Source: Burkholderiales bacterium
GTDB lineage: Bacteria; Pseudomonadota; Gammaproteobacteria; Burkholderiales; SG8-39
Length of the DNA: 64,000 bases
Assembly: GCA_036274735.1 (NCBI GenBank)
Contig: DASUFD010000027.1
Coordinates: 1,710 to 65,709 of the forward strand
Reading direction: 5' to 3'
Below, in pieces: positions 1 through 8,632 of this stretch. The position numbers were made by a program, and so were the translations under genes. Position 1 is the stretch's first letter. Each line of letters begins with the position of its first letter. Under the pieces are notes generated by a model. The model was not told where the DNA came from, did no database searches, and was given only the letters and a program-made list of their open reading frames with translations.

Positions 1-218
1 TGCTCGCCTACGCGGGCGACCCCGCGCGCTACGCCGGCGCCGGGGAGCCTTCGGAAGCGGCGCGTTCGGCCATCATCCGCGCCGCGTTGCGCACCTGGGA
101 CTCGACTCCCGAGGGCGCGCAAGCGCTGGTGCGGCTGCTGCGCTCGGTCGAGCGCCTCAGCCGTACCCGCGCTAGTCGAGCGCGGCCGCGATCTCGTCCG
201 GCGGGACGCGGACGCTGA
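1..218 (+). CDS. 3' end of an unidentified CDS entering from upstream of the window (partial)
   Basis: Frame 3 is open from the window edge to TGA at 216-218, with strong G/C third-position bias (...AIIRAALRTWDSTPEGAQALVRLLRSV...). No motif recognised. The tail overlaps the convergent gene at 172-1065. Confidence 0.3.
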   Translation, partial: LAYAGDPARYAGAGEPSEAARSAIIRAALRTWDSTPEGAQALVRLLRSVERLSRTRASRARPRSRPAGRGR

Positions 219-1065
219 TCCCCGCGCGCTCTTCCTGAAGCGTCATCGCCACGCGGCAGTCGCGCTCGGCCCAGCCTCGCTCGATCGCGCCGGCGAGCTC
301 GTCGAGCGCGACGCGTCCCACCCTCAAGGGGACACCGCAATCGCTCGCGAGCTCGAGCGCGAGCGCGACATCCTTGTGCGCGAGCCGCACGGTGAAATCG
401 GCCGGGTCGTAGCGACCGGGCAGGAAATGCTCGGCCAGGCGGTCGAAGGTGCGCTTGCGCCCGGTCGCGCCCTGGCGCAGCGCGCGAAATAGCGCCAGCG
501 GCTCGACCCCGCCTTTCACGCCGAGCGTGAAGACCTCGGCGAGCGCCGCCTGCACGGAAAAGCTCGCCAGATTGTGCGCAAGCTTCGCCACCGTGCCGGC
601 ACCGATCGGGCCGACGTAAAGCGGCTGGTCGCCGATCGCGCGCAGGAGCGGCAGGAAGCGCTCGTACACGGGGCGCTCCCCGCCCACCCAGACGGCGAGC
701 TTGCCCGAGCTCGCGCCCTTGGGCCCGCCGCTTACCGGCGCATCGAGAACGGGGATGCCCCGCTCGGCGAGCTGCGCATGCAGCGCGCGGATGCGCCGAG
801 GCGAATTGGTCGAGAGGTCGAACCAGGCGCTGCCGCGCGGTAGCGTGCGCGCCAAGCTTGCGGCCACCTGGTCCACTTCCGCCGGCCCTGGGAGCGATGT
901 GAACACGACCTCGCAGCCCTGCGCTGCTTCGGCGGCGCTCGCAAAAAAGTGGGGGAAGCCGGCCACCCGCCGCAAGTCGTGCGCGCGCACTTCGTGCCCG
1001 GCCGCCTGCAGGTTGCTCGCGATCGGCGCCCCCATGGCGCCAAGGCCGATGAAGCCAACTTTCAT
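172..1065 (-). CDS. NAD(P)-dependent oxidoreductase, 3-hydroxyisobutyrate/6-phosphogluconate dehydrogenase family
   Basis: 297 aa. N-terminal Rossmann motif MKVGFIGLGAMG. ATG at 1063-1065 overlaps the upstream stop (ATGA). Confidence 0.85.
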   Translation of the reverse strand: MKVGFIGLGAMGAPIASNLQAAGHEVRAHDLRRVAGFPHFFASAAEAAQGCEVVFTSLPGPAEVDQVAASLARTLPRGSAWFDLSTNSPRRIRALHAQLAERGIPVLDAPVSGGPKGASSGKLAVWVGGERPVYERFLPLLRAIGDQPLYVGPIGAGTVAKLAHNLASFSVQAALAEVFTLGVKGGVEPLALFRALRQGATGRKRTFDRLAEHFLPGRYDPADFTVRLAHKDVALALELASDCGVPLRVGRVALDELAGAIERGWAERDCRVAMTLQEERAGISVRVPPDEIAAALD

Positions 1066-1394
1066 TGCCCACGCTCCGCGAATACTTCCTTCGCCACGAG
1101 CGCCGCGCTGCCGGCGTTGGGCCAGCCGGCATAGAACGCGAGATGCGTAATGGCCTCGATGATCTCGTCCGGCGTGAGGCCGTTGTCAAGCGCCCGCCAG
1201 AGGTGGCCGCGCAGCTGATCCGCGCGGAACAGCGCGGTCAATGCGGCGACTGTGACCAGGCTGCGGTCGCGCTTGGACAGCCCCGGCCGCTCCCATACGT
1301 CGCCGAACACCACGCGGTCGGTGAGCTCGCCGAGCTTGGGGAAAACATCGCGCACCTGACCGATGGTCGAAGGCGGCGCAGCGCGCTTTGCCAT
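1062..1394 (-). CDS. carboxymuconolactone decarboxylase (CMD/AhpD-like) family protein
   Basis: Track ORF 1062..1958 trimmed to the internal ATG at 1392-1394 (MAKRAAPP...), giving 110 aa. CMD-like motifs RDRSLVTVAALTA and HLAFYAGWP. The upstream part of the ORF is Arg/His-rich junk. Confidence 0.8.
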   Translation of the reverse strand: MAKRAAPPSTIGQVRDVFPKLGELTDRVVFGDVWERPGLSKRDRSLVTVAALTALFRADQLRGHLWRALDNGLTPDEIIEAITHLAFYAGWPNAGSAALVAKEVFAERGQ

Positions 1395-1472
1395 GACAAC
1401 CTCCTCTCGTTTCGCTGGAAAAACCCGTAGCTTGCCCGCAAACGCGCGGCGTCGGGGTAACCTCGGCCGACC

Positions 1473-2702
1473 ATGGCCGCAGTGCGCAGCGAACCAGAGT
1501 CGACCTATGCCTGGCTGCGCCTGGGCGCCTCGCTCCTGCTCATGACCGTGGGCGGCGTCGGCATGTACATCATGTCGGTGGCGCTTCCCGCCGTGCAGGC
1601 CGAGTTCGGCAGTGCGCGCGGCGGCGCCTCCCTGCCCTACACGGCGACGATGATCGGCTTCGGCATCGGCGGCATCCTCATGGGGCGGCTCGCCGACCGC
1701 TTCGGCGTCGTGGTGCCGGTGATCCTCGGCGGGGTGTTCCTGGGCGGCGGCTTCGTGCTCGCCGGGATGGCGCAGACCCTCGGCCAGTTCACCCTCGCCC
1801 ACGGCCTGCTGATCGGCTTTCTCGGCTGCTCGGCCACCTTCGCGCCGCTCGTCGCCGATACGGCCCTGTGGTTCACGCGCCGGCGCGGCATCGCGGTGGC
1901 GATCTGCGCGAGCGGCAATTACCTCGCCGGGACCGTGTGGCCGCCGATCGTCCAGCACTTCTTTGCCGTTTCGGGATGGCGCGCGACGTATATCGGGGTC
2001 GGGATCTTCTGCATCGTGAGTATCCTGCTCCTCTCGCTCGCGCTGCGGCGCCGTCCCCCGTCACTCGCGCATCCTGGTGCAGCGAGCGGGCAGCGTCAGG
2101 CGGCAGAGCGGCCGCTCGGCCTTTCCGCGAACGCGCTCACCGCGCTACTCGCGCTCGCCGGCGTCGCCTGCTGCGTCGCCATGTCGATGCCCCAGGTGCA
2201 CATCGTCGCCTACTGCGGCGACCTCGGCTACGGCCCGGCGCGCGGCGCCGAGATGCTCTCGCTCATGCTCGGCTTCGGCATCGTCAGCCGGCTGCTCTCC
2301 GGGTGGATTTCCGACCACATCGGCGGTCTGCGCACGCTGCTCCTCGGCTCGACGCTCCAGGGCATCGCGCTCCTCCTCTTCCTGCCCTCGACGGGTCTCG
2401 CGTCGCTCTACGTCGTCTCCGCGCTGTTCGGTCTTTTCCAGGGCGGCATCGTCCCGGCCTATGCGCTGATCGTGCGCGAGCACTTCGACGTGCGCGAAGC
2501 CGGCACGCGCACCGCCATCGTGCTCATGGCAACGCTGTTCGGCATGGCGTTGGGGGGCTGGATGTCGGGCGAGGTCTTCGACCTCACCGGCTCGTACCGT
2601 GCGGCCTTCCTGAACGGCATCGCCTGGAACCTGCTCAACCTGTCGATCGCCTTCTGGCTGCTGCGCCGCTCGCCCCGCGAGCCCTCCCTAGCCGCGACCT
2701 AG
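1473..2702 (+). CDS. MFS transporter
   Basis: 409 aa, about 12 hydrophobic segments, with an MGRLADRFG-type loop motif between TM2 and TM3. Confidence 0.85.
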   Translation: MAAVRSEPESTYAWLRLGASLLLMTVGGVGMYIMSVALPAVQAEFGSARGGASLPYTATMIGFGIGGILMGRLADRFGVVVPVILGGVFLGGGFVLAGMAQTLGQFTLAHGLLIGFLGCSATFAPLVADTALWFTRRRGIAVAICASGNYLAGTVWPPIVQHFFAVSGWRATYIGVGIFCIVSILLLSLALRRRPPSLAHPGAASGQRQAAERPLGLSANALTALLALAGVACCVAMSMPQVHIVAYCGDLGYGPARGAEMLSLMLGFGIVSRLLSGWISDHIGGLRTLLLGSTLQGIALLLFLPSTGLASLYVVSALFGLFQGGIVPAYALIVREHFDVREAGTRTAIVLMATLFGMALGGWMSGEVFDLTGSYRAAFLNGIAWNLLNLSIAFWLLRRSPREPSLAAT

Positions 2703-3407
2703 CGCGCGCTTCTTCCACAGCTCCCACGGCCGCTCGAGCGTGCCTGCGTTGGACACCGTGGCGCGACGCCCCTCCTCGTCCGAGAGGAACTCGATCGGCC
2801 CTTCGAGCTGGCCCGCCTGCAGCTGCAGCCGCGCGTTCATTTCCGTGTAGATCGCCCGGAAAACGGCTTCCGGGATGCTGGCGCCGATGACGGTCATGCC
2901 GTGGCCGCGCATCAGCACGCAGTTGCACTGGCCGAGCGTCTGCGCGAGTGCCTTGCCGAGCGGGCGATCGCGCACGAGCAGGTCGTTCTCCTCGCGCACC
3001 TTCCGGATATCCCAGACCGGCGCGCCGCTCCAGAGGAACGAGCCCATGTGGTAGATGGGCCGCAGGCGCGTGCGCGTCACGCCGAAGGGGATGACCGAAG
3101 GCGAGTGGCTGTGCACGATCGCCATCACGTCCGGGCGCGCACGGTAGATCTCGCCGTGGATGTAACGCTCGATGAAGCCCTTGCGCCGGTCGCCGGCCGG
3201 CGCCTCGCTGTCGGCGTCGAGCGCCATGAGGTCGGCGGCCGCGACGAGCGCCGGCGCGCGCGAGCGCGACATGAGGAAGCGGTCGGCGCGCTTGTCGCTG
3301 CGCGCGCTGACATGGCCGTAGGCGTCGAGGACCTCGTGCGCGGCGAGGATGCGGCTCGCCGCGACGAGGTCGTCGACGAGGCCCTTGCTTGCCGGAAGCT
3401 TCTTCAT
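2688..3407 (-). CDS. class II aldolase/adducin family protein
   Basis: Track ORF 2688..4658 trimmed to the ATG at 3405-3407 (MKKLPASKG...), giving 239 aa. Metal-ligand-like HSHSPSVIPF and MRGHGMTVIG motifs. ATGA overlap with the upstream MFS gene. Confidence 0.85.
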   Translation of the reverse strand: MKKLPASKGLVDDLVAASRILAAHEVLDAYGHVSARSDKRADRFLMSRSRAPALVAAADLMALDADSEAPAGDRRKGFIERYIHGEIYRARPDVMAIVHSHSPSVIPFGVTRTRLRPIYHMGSFLWSGAPVWDIRKVREENDLLVRDRPLGKALAQTLGQCNCVLMRGHGMTVIGASIPEAVFRAIYTEMNARLQLQAGQLEGPIEFLSDEEGRRATVSNAGTLERPWELWKKRALGRG

Positions 3408-4606
3408 CGCTGGCGGATCTCCTTGATGACGGGGGAAGAGAAGTAGAGCAAGGCGAGCGTAACGAGGGCGGCGGCAGCGAGCACCGCCGCCGCGCCGCGC
3501 GCACCGAGCAGGTCGGCGAGCGGACCGGCCAGGAACGAGCCGGTGGAGATCATCGCGGGGTAGAGGAGCATCAGGCTCGCGATGCGACCGCGCATGGCTT
3601 CGGGCGCGGAAAGCTGCAACACCGCCATGTTGCTCGCCGTCAGCGCCATCTCCGCCACACCGCCGAAAAACGCGCAGACGGCGGCGACCGGCAGGGTCGG
3701 GCTCGCGGCCACGCCGAGGATCGCCGTCGCCATCGCCGCAATCCATGCCGCCTGCAGCAGGCCCTGGCGCTCGGCGCGCGCGAGCGCATTGGCGATCAGG
3801 CCGCCGAGGGTTCCACCGAGCCCGACGCTGGTGAGCAGGACGCCCAGCCCCTCCGGCCCGGCCGCGAAGACGTCTTTTGCATAGATGGGAAAGAGCGTCA
3901 CCCAGACCGGAACCAGCAGAAGGTAGGGCAAGGCGCCGAGCGCGAGCAGCATGCGCATGACCGGGTCGCGCACCGAGAAGCGAAAGCCTTCGGCCATGTC
4001 GGCGAGCGCCGAAGTGCGTGCCTTGGGCTGGCGCGGCGGCGGAATCGCCACGGTGAGGGCGACCAGCGCCGAGGCGCCGTAGAGCAGCGCGAGCACGAGG
4101 AAGGTGCCGGCGGCGCCCGCAGCGGCGATGAGATAGCCCGCGAGCGCCGGTCCGAGGACGCGCATCAGGGAGAAGCCGATGGTATTGAGCGCCATGGCCT
4201 TCGCCGCGATCTCCCGCGGCACGAGCTCGAACGCGCTGGTGAAGCGCGCCGGCCGGTCGATGACGTTCGAGGCGCCCATGAGGACGACGAACACGAAAAG
4301 CATCCACACGTCGACCCGGCCGAAGGCGAGTGCCGCGCCGAGGCCGGCGGACACGGCGCCCGCGAGCAGCTGGCTCGCCTGCAGCAGCCGCTTGCGATTG
4401 AACCGGTCCGCGGCGACGCCCGAGAGCGGCGCGAGCAGGATCATCGGCACGGCGCGCACGCCGAGCACCGCCCCGAGGAGCGCGCCGGAGCCCGTCACTT
4501 CGTAGACCACCCAACCCATTGCCGCCTGCTGGATCCACTGGCTGGACCACGACAGCACGGAGCTCGTCCAGAGGCGGCGGTACTGCGGGTACGCAAACGG
4601 CGTCAT
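3404..4606 (-). CDS. MFS transporter (EntS/MFS_3-like)
   Basis: 400 aa, multi-TM, with N-terminal YRRLWTSSVLSW and GVAADRFNRKRLL motifs typical of this MFS subgroup. Confidence 0.85.
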   Translation of the reverse strand: MTPFAYPQYRRLWTSSVLSWSSQWIQQAAMGWVVYEVTGSGALLGAVLGVRAVPMILLAPLSGVAADRFNRKRLLQASQLLAGAVSAGLGAALAFGRVDVWMLFVFVVLMGASNVIDRPARFTSAFELVPREIAAKAMALNTIGFSLMRVLGPALAGYLIAAAGAAGTFLVLALLYGASALVALTVAIPPPRQPKARTSALADMAEGFRFSVRDPVMRMLLALGALPYLLLVPVWVTLFPIYAKDVFAAGPEGLGVLLTSVGLGGTLGGLIANALARAERQGLLQAAWIAAMATAILGVAASPTLPVAAVCAFFGGVAEMALTASNMAVLQLSAPEAMRGRIASLMLLYPAMISTGSFLAGPLADLLGARGAAAVLAAAALVTLALLYFSSPVIKEIRQR

Positions 4607-4612
4607 GACCGA

Positions 4613-4650
4613 GCGCGCAGTTTACCGACTGGCATCGAGTAAACTCGCGC
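4613..4650. promoter_or_regulatory. inverted repeat (candidate operator) in a divergent promoter region
   Basis: GCGCGCAGTTTAC (4613-4625) and GTAAACTCGCGC (4639-4650). The core AGTTTAC-N13-GTAAACT lies between the divergent starts at 4606 and 4676. Confidence 0.3.
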
Positions 4651-4675
4651 CCTTTCACGGCACGAGGAGCGAAGC

Positions 4676-5233
4676 ATGGCGGATCTCAAGCTGCTCGGCA
4701 TCAGCGGCAGCCTGCGCAAGGGCTCGTTCAACACCGCGGCGCTTCGCACCTGCGCGCAGCTCCTGCCTCCCGGGATGACGCTCGGCTATGCGCGCATCGA
4801 CGACATTCCCATGTTCAACCAGGACGTCTTCGACGCGGGGCTGCCCGATCCGGTGAAGCGCTTTCGCGCCGAGGTCGCCGCGGCCGACGGCCTGCTCATC
4901 GCGAGCCCCGAGTACAACTTCTCCGTGACCGCGGCGCTCAAGAACGCGATCGACTGGGGTTCGCGCGCGCCGAACCAGGTGTTCCAGGACAAGCCGGTGG
5001 CGATCTTCTCCGCCACCACCGGTCCGGTGGGCGGCGTGCGCAACCAGTACGACCTGCGGCGCATCCTGACCCAGCTCTGGGCCTACGTGCTGCCGCGTCC
5101 CGAGGTGTTCATCGGCAACGCGGCCACCAAGTTCGACGCGCAGGGCCGGCTCACCGACGAGACGACGCGCAAGTTCCTGTCCGATCTGCTCGCCGGCTTC
5201 AAGGACTGGATCGTGCGGATGCAGAAGAAGTAG
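4676..5233 (+). CDS. NADPH-dependent FMN reductase
   Basis: 185 aa. LLGISGSLRKGSFN flavin-binding loop. GAGGAG Shine-Dalgarno upstream. Confidence 0.85.
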   Translation: MADLKLLGISGSLRKGSFNTAALRTCAQLLPPGMTLGYARIDDIPMFNQDVFDAGLPDPVKRFRAEVAAADGLLIASPEYNFSVTAALKNAIDWGSRAPNQVFQDKPVAIFSATTGPVGGVRNQYDLRRILTQLWAYVLPRPEVFIGNAATKFDAQGRLTDETTRKFLSDLLAGFKDWIVRMQKK

Positions 5234-5265
5234 CTTAGGATCGGGCGCTTTCAACGGAGGCAGCA

Positions 5266-5646
5266 ATGGACAGCAGGCCGAACAAGGAACGCGAGAAGGA
5301 CGGGCTGAAGACGCGCACGGAAGTGCTCGGCAAGGAATGGGTGGAGAAGTCGCAGAAGAACGTCGACGACTTCAACCGAGAGTTCAACGAGCTGCTGCAC
5401 ACCTATTGCTGGAACGACATCTGGAACCGGCCGGGACTCTCGCGCAAGATGCGCTCGGTGCTCAACATCGGCATGCTCACCGCGCTCGGCAAGGAGCACG
5501 AGCTCAAGCTGCACCTGCGCGGCGCGCTGAACAACGGCGTCACGAAGGACGAGATCAAGGAAGTGCTGCTGCAGACCGCCATCTATTGCGGCGTCCCGGC
5601 CGCGGTGGCCGCCTTCCGCTGCGCGAGAGAGGTATTCCAAAGTTAA
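5266..5646 (+). CDS. carboxymuconolactone decarboxylase family protein (PcaC-like)
   Basis: 126 aa. Motifs WNRPGLSRKMRSVLNIGMLTAL and QTAIYCGVPAA. GGAGG SD upstream. Confidence 0.85.
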   Translation: MDSRPNKEREKDGLKTRTEVLGKEWVEKSQKNVDDFNREFNELLHTYCWNDIWNRPGLSRKMRSVLNIGMLTALGKEHELKLHLRGALNNGVTKDEIKEVLLQTAIYCGVPAAVAAFRCAREVFQS

Positions 5647-5674
5647 GACGATCGCCTTCGTCGGCCTCGGCACC

Positions 5675-6538
5675 ATGGGGCAGCCCATGGTCGCGAACCT
5701 CGCGCGCGCGGGCTTCGCCGTGCAGTCCTTCGATGCCGCGGGCATGGGCAATCGCAAGTCGATACGCGAGGCGGCGACCGGCGCGGAAGCTCTCGTCACC
5801 ATGCTGCCGAACGGCGACGTGGTACGCGATGTGGTGCTCGAGGCCTTGCCCGCGCTCGCGCCCGGCGCCGTGGTGATCGACATGAGCTCCTCCGACCCGG
5901 CCGGCACGCGGGCGCTGGGCGTCGCCCTTTCTGCGAAAAAGATCGACATGATCGACGCGCCGGTTTCCGGAGCCGTCGGCAAGGCGCGCGACGGCACGCT
6001 CGCCATCATGGTCGGCGGCGAGAAGGACGTGGTGAGGAAAGTGGAGCCCGTCCTGCACGCCATGGGGAAGGAGATCTTCCACTGCGGCCCGCTCGGCGCC
6101 GGGCACGCCGTCAAGGCGCTGAACAACTACCTCGGCGCTGCCGGGACGATCGCCGGATTCGAGGCGCTGCTCGTCGCCCGGGCGTTCGGCCTCCAGCCCG
6201 AGCCGATGATCGACGCGATCAACGCCTCGACGGGGAAAAACAGCACCACCGAGCGGAAGATCCCGCAGCAGATCCTGACCGGCGCCTTCGCCTCGGGCTT
6301 CAAGCTCGCGCTGATGACGAAGGACGTCGGCATCGCCGCCGGGCTCGCCGACGACCTCGGCGTCGACGCGCCCTACCTGCGCGAGACGCTCAAGCTGTGG
6401 CGCGCCGCGCAGCGGAAGCTGCCGGCGCAGGCCGACCATACCGAGATGTATCGCTACCTGGAGCGATTGCAGCCTCCATCTCGCGCCGCGCGCGCACGGC
6501 GGTCGAACTTTCGTCGCACGCGACGTCGCGCCAGGTAA
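5675..6538 (+). CDS. NAD(P)-dependent oxidoreductase, 3-hydroxyisobutyrate dehydrogenase family (5' end uncertain)
   Basis: 287 aa from the first canonical ATG. The Rossmann motif KTIAFVGLGTMG begins upstream at 5645 in the same frame, where only ATC (5651) or ATT (5585) could serve as a start. See findings. Confidence 0.75.
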   Translation: MGQPMVANLARAGFAVQSFDAAGMGNRKSIREAATGAEALVTMLPNGDVVRDVVLEALPALAPGAVVIDMSSSDPAGTRALGVALSAKKIDMIDAPVSGAVGKARDGTLAIMVGGEKDVVRKVEPVLHAMGKEIFHCGPLGAGHAVKALNNYLGAAGTIAGFEALLVARAFGLQPEPMIDAINASTGKNSTTERKIPQQILTGAFASGFKLALMTKDVGIAAGLADDLGVDAPYLRETLKLWRAAQRKLPAQADHTEMYRYLERLQPPSRAARARRSNFRRTRRRAR

Positions 6539-7757
6539 GCGGCTGTCCGGCAGCCACGGGCCGCAGCACCTTCCAACCGTGCGCGAGCCCGAGCGGCAGG
6601 CACTGGCCCGCGAGCGAGTCTGCGGCGGGCATCAGCCGGCCGACGACGGTGTAGCCACCCTCCCCGTCAAGGATCTCTCCGGCTTTCAAATCGCGTTTGG
6701 CGACGGCGACGGCATCCGCGCGCCACCCCGTCGCGCAGCCGGTCGGCTCGCATCGCAGGCCCACCGAGGCGACCGAGATGCCGACCTCGAGACCGATCAG
6801 GTGCCAGCGCTTGTAAAGGCAGGCATAGCGGCCGGAAGGGTCGGTCTTCACTCCGTACTCGCTGAAGCAGCGCCGGATGTACTCGCTTTCTCCCTCGAAG
6901 ACGACGAACACGCCGAAGCGGATGTCGTAGTCGATCGGCGTGCCGTCGCCGCGAAGCGACGACACCACCTCCACCTGCCCCTTGTGGTGCAGCGTACCGC
7001 CCTCGCTGCGCGGGCGCATGAGCGAGGGAATCTCGTCGATCGCCCCGGGCGGGTAGCGCAGCCCTTCGGGCGCGGGCGTGAGGCCGGTCGCGTTGCATAC
7101 CGCGCTCGTCTCGATCGCGGGCTTCGAGCCGTCGAGGAAGGAATTGAACATCTTCGGGTTGAGCCCGCCGAGCTTCGCCTGCTCGGGCGTGAGGCCGTAG
7201 TAGCCCCACACCGTCTCCGGGGTGGACTGCGCGAAGTGCGGCAGCCACTTGTGTCCGCGGCCGGCGGCCACGACCGGAAAGCCGGCGGCGCGCGCCCAAT
7301 CCACCAGGTCGCAGATGAGCGCCGGCTGGTCCCCATAGGCGAGGCTGTAGACGACGCCCGCCTCCGCCGCCTTGCGCGCGAGCAGCGGCCCGCAGAAAGC
7401 GTCCGCCTCCACGGTCACCATCACTACGTGCTTGCCGTGCGCAAATGCGCCAAGCACATGCTCGACCGCGGCCATTGGATTGCCGGTCGCCTCGATGACG
7501 ATGTCGACCTCGGGCTGCTCGACGACCTTGCGCCAGTCCTCGGTGATGGGGGTGCGCTGCACGAGCTCCGCCGGCCAACCCACACGCTCGAGGTTCGCCC
7601 TCGCGTTCTGCGGCGCGAGATCGGCGATCGCGACCAGCCGCACGCCCGGCGTCTTGGGCACCTGCGCGAGATACATCGCCGCGAACTTGCCGGCGCCGAT
7701 CAGCCCCACGCGCAACGGGTTGTCCTTTCTCTCCTGCAACTTGGCGTACAGATTCAT
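6390..7757 (-). CDS. NAD(P)-binding oxidoreductase with C-terminal SAF domain (COG4091-type, homoserine-dehydrogenase-like)
   Basis: 455 aa. N-terminal RVGLIGAGKFAAMY Rossmann motif and a C-terminal SAF-like segment (KRDLKAGEILDGEGGY). Lies 3 nt downstream of the dioxygenase gene. Confidence 0.75.
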   Translation of the reverse strand: MNLYAKLQERKDNPLRVGLIGAGKFAAMYLAQVPKTPGVRLVAIADLAPQNARANLERVGWPAELVQRTPITEDWRKVVEQPEVDIVIEATGNPMAAVEHVLGAFAHGKHVVMVTVEADAFCGPLLARKAAEAGVVYSLAYGDQPALICDLVDWARAAGFPVVAAGRGHKWLPHFAQSTPETVWGYYGLTPEQAKLGGLNPKMFNSFLDGSKPAIETSAVCNATGLTPAPEGLRYPPGAIDEIPSLMRPRSEGGTLHHKGQVEVVSSLRGDGTPIDYDIRFGVFVVFEGESEYIRRCFSEYGVKTDPSGRYACLYKRWHLIGLEVGISVASVGLRCEPTGCATGWRADAVAVAKRDLKAGEILDGEGGYTVVGRLMPAADSLAGQCLPLGLAHGWKVLRPVAAGQPLTWRDVACDESSTAVRARREMEAAIAPGSDTSRYGRPAPAASAARRATA

Positions 7758-7760
7758 TGG

Positions 7761-8606
7761 CTACGCGGCTTTCAGCTGGCCCTGCAGTTCTTCGGCCGGC
7801 GTTCCGTCCTTCCAGGGAAGCGGCACGTCGTAGGGCTTGAGCAGGCAGTCGTCGGGCAGGCACCGGATCGGCGTGAAGTCGCGATGCGCGATGTAGCCCG
7901 GACGCTTGAAGCGCCGGATGTGGTTGGACACGGCGCACAGCGAGAGATATACGCTCACGCGGTTCCACGGCGAGAGGTTCGACGTAGAAGCGTGCACCAG
8001 GCAGCCGTGGAACAGGATCATCGAGCCGGCGGGCCCCTTGGGCGCGACGATGCCGCCCCGCTCGACCAGCTTGGCGATGGTGTCGTGATTGATCGTCCAG
8101 AGCGGGTAGCTGGTCGTGGTCAGGTCGTGCTCGGCCTCGAGCACGCCCAGCTTGTGGCTGCCCGGAATGAACATGAGCGGCCCGTTGAACTCGTTCACCT
8201 CGTCGAGAAAGATCGCGACATTCATGGCGCGCGCCTCGGGCATCTGGTCGTCGTTGCGCCAGGTGCCGTAGTCCTGGTGCCACTGCCAGACGTCGCCGTC
8301 GAAAGCGGCCTTGCCGTTGATCTTGAACTGGTGCATGTAGAGGTCCTCGCCGAAAAGCTGCTTCACCGGCTCGACCATGCGCGGATGGCGCGCCAGCCTG
8401 GCGAACGGAGCGCTGTACATGTGCGCGGCGAAATTGGTGCGCACCACATCGCCCGTTTTCTCGCGCACGTTTTCCGGCCGACGCTGCGCGTACAGCGCCG
8501 GCACCTCGTCGGTCAGGGCCTTGATCTCCTGCTGGGTGAAGAGCGACGGGAAGAAGAGATAGCCGTCGCGGTCGAACTGCTCGAGCTGCTGCGCCGAAAG
8601 CTTCAT
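7761..8606 (-). CDS. Fe(II)/2-oxoglutarate dioxygenase, phytanoyl-CoA dioxygenase family (ectoine-hydroxylase-like)
   Basis: Track ORF trimmed to the ATG at 8604-8606 (MKLSAQQLEQFDRDGY...), giving 281 aa. The WQWHQDYGTWRNDDQMP segment resembles the EctD signature. HxD plus a distal His are present. Confidence 0.8.
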   Translation of the reverse strand: MKLSAQQLEQFDRDGYLFFPSLFTQQEIKALTDEVPALYAQRRPENVREKTGDVVRTNFAAHMYSAPFARLARHPRMVEPVKQLFGEDLYMHQFKINGKAAFDGDVWQWHQDYGTWRNDDQMPEARAMNVAIFLDEVNEFNGPLMFIPGSHKLGVLEAEHDLTTTSYPLWTINHDTIAKLVERGGIVAPKGPAGSMILFHGCLVHASTSNLSPWNRVSVYLSLCAVSNHIRRFKRPGYIAHRDFTPIRCLPDDCLLKPYDVPLPWKDGTPAEELQGQLKAA

Positions 8607-8632
8607 GGCCGCCTCCTGCAGAAGCCGCAAGT

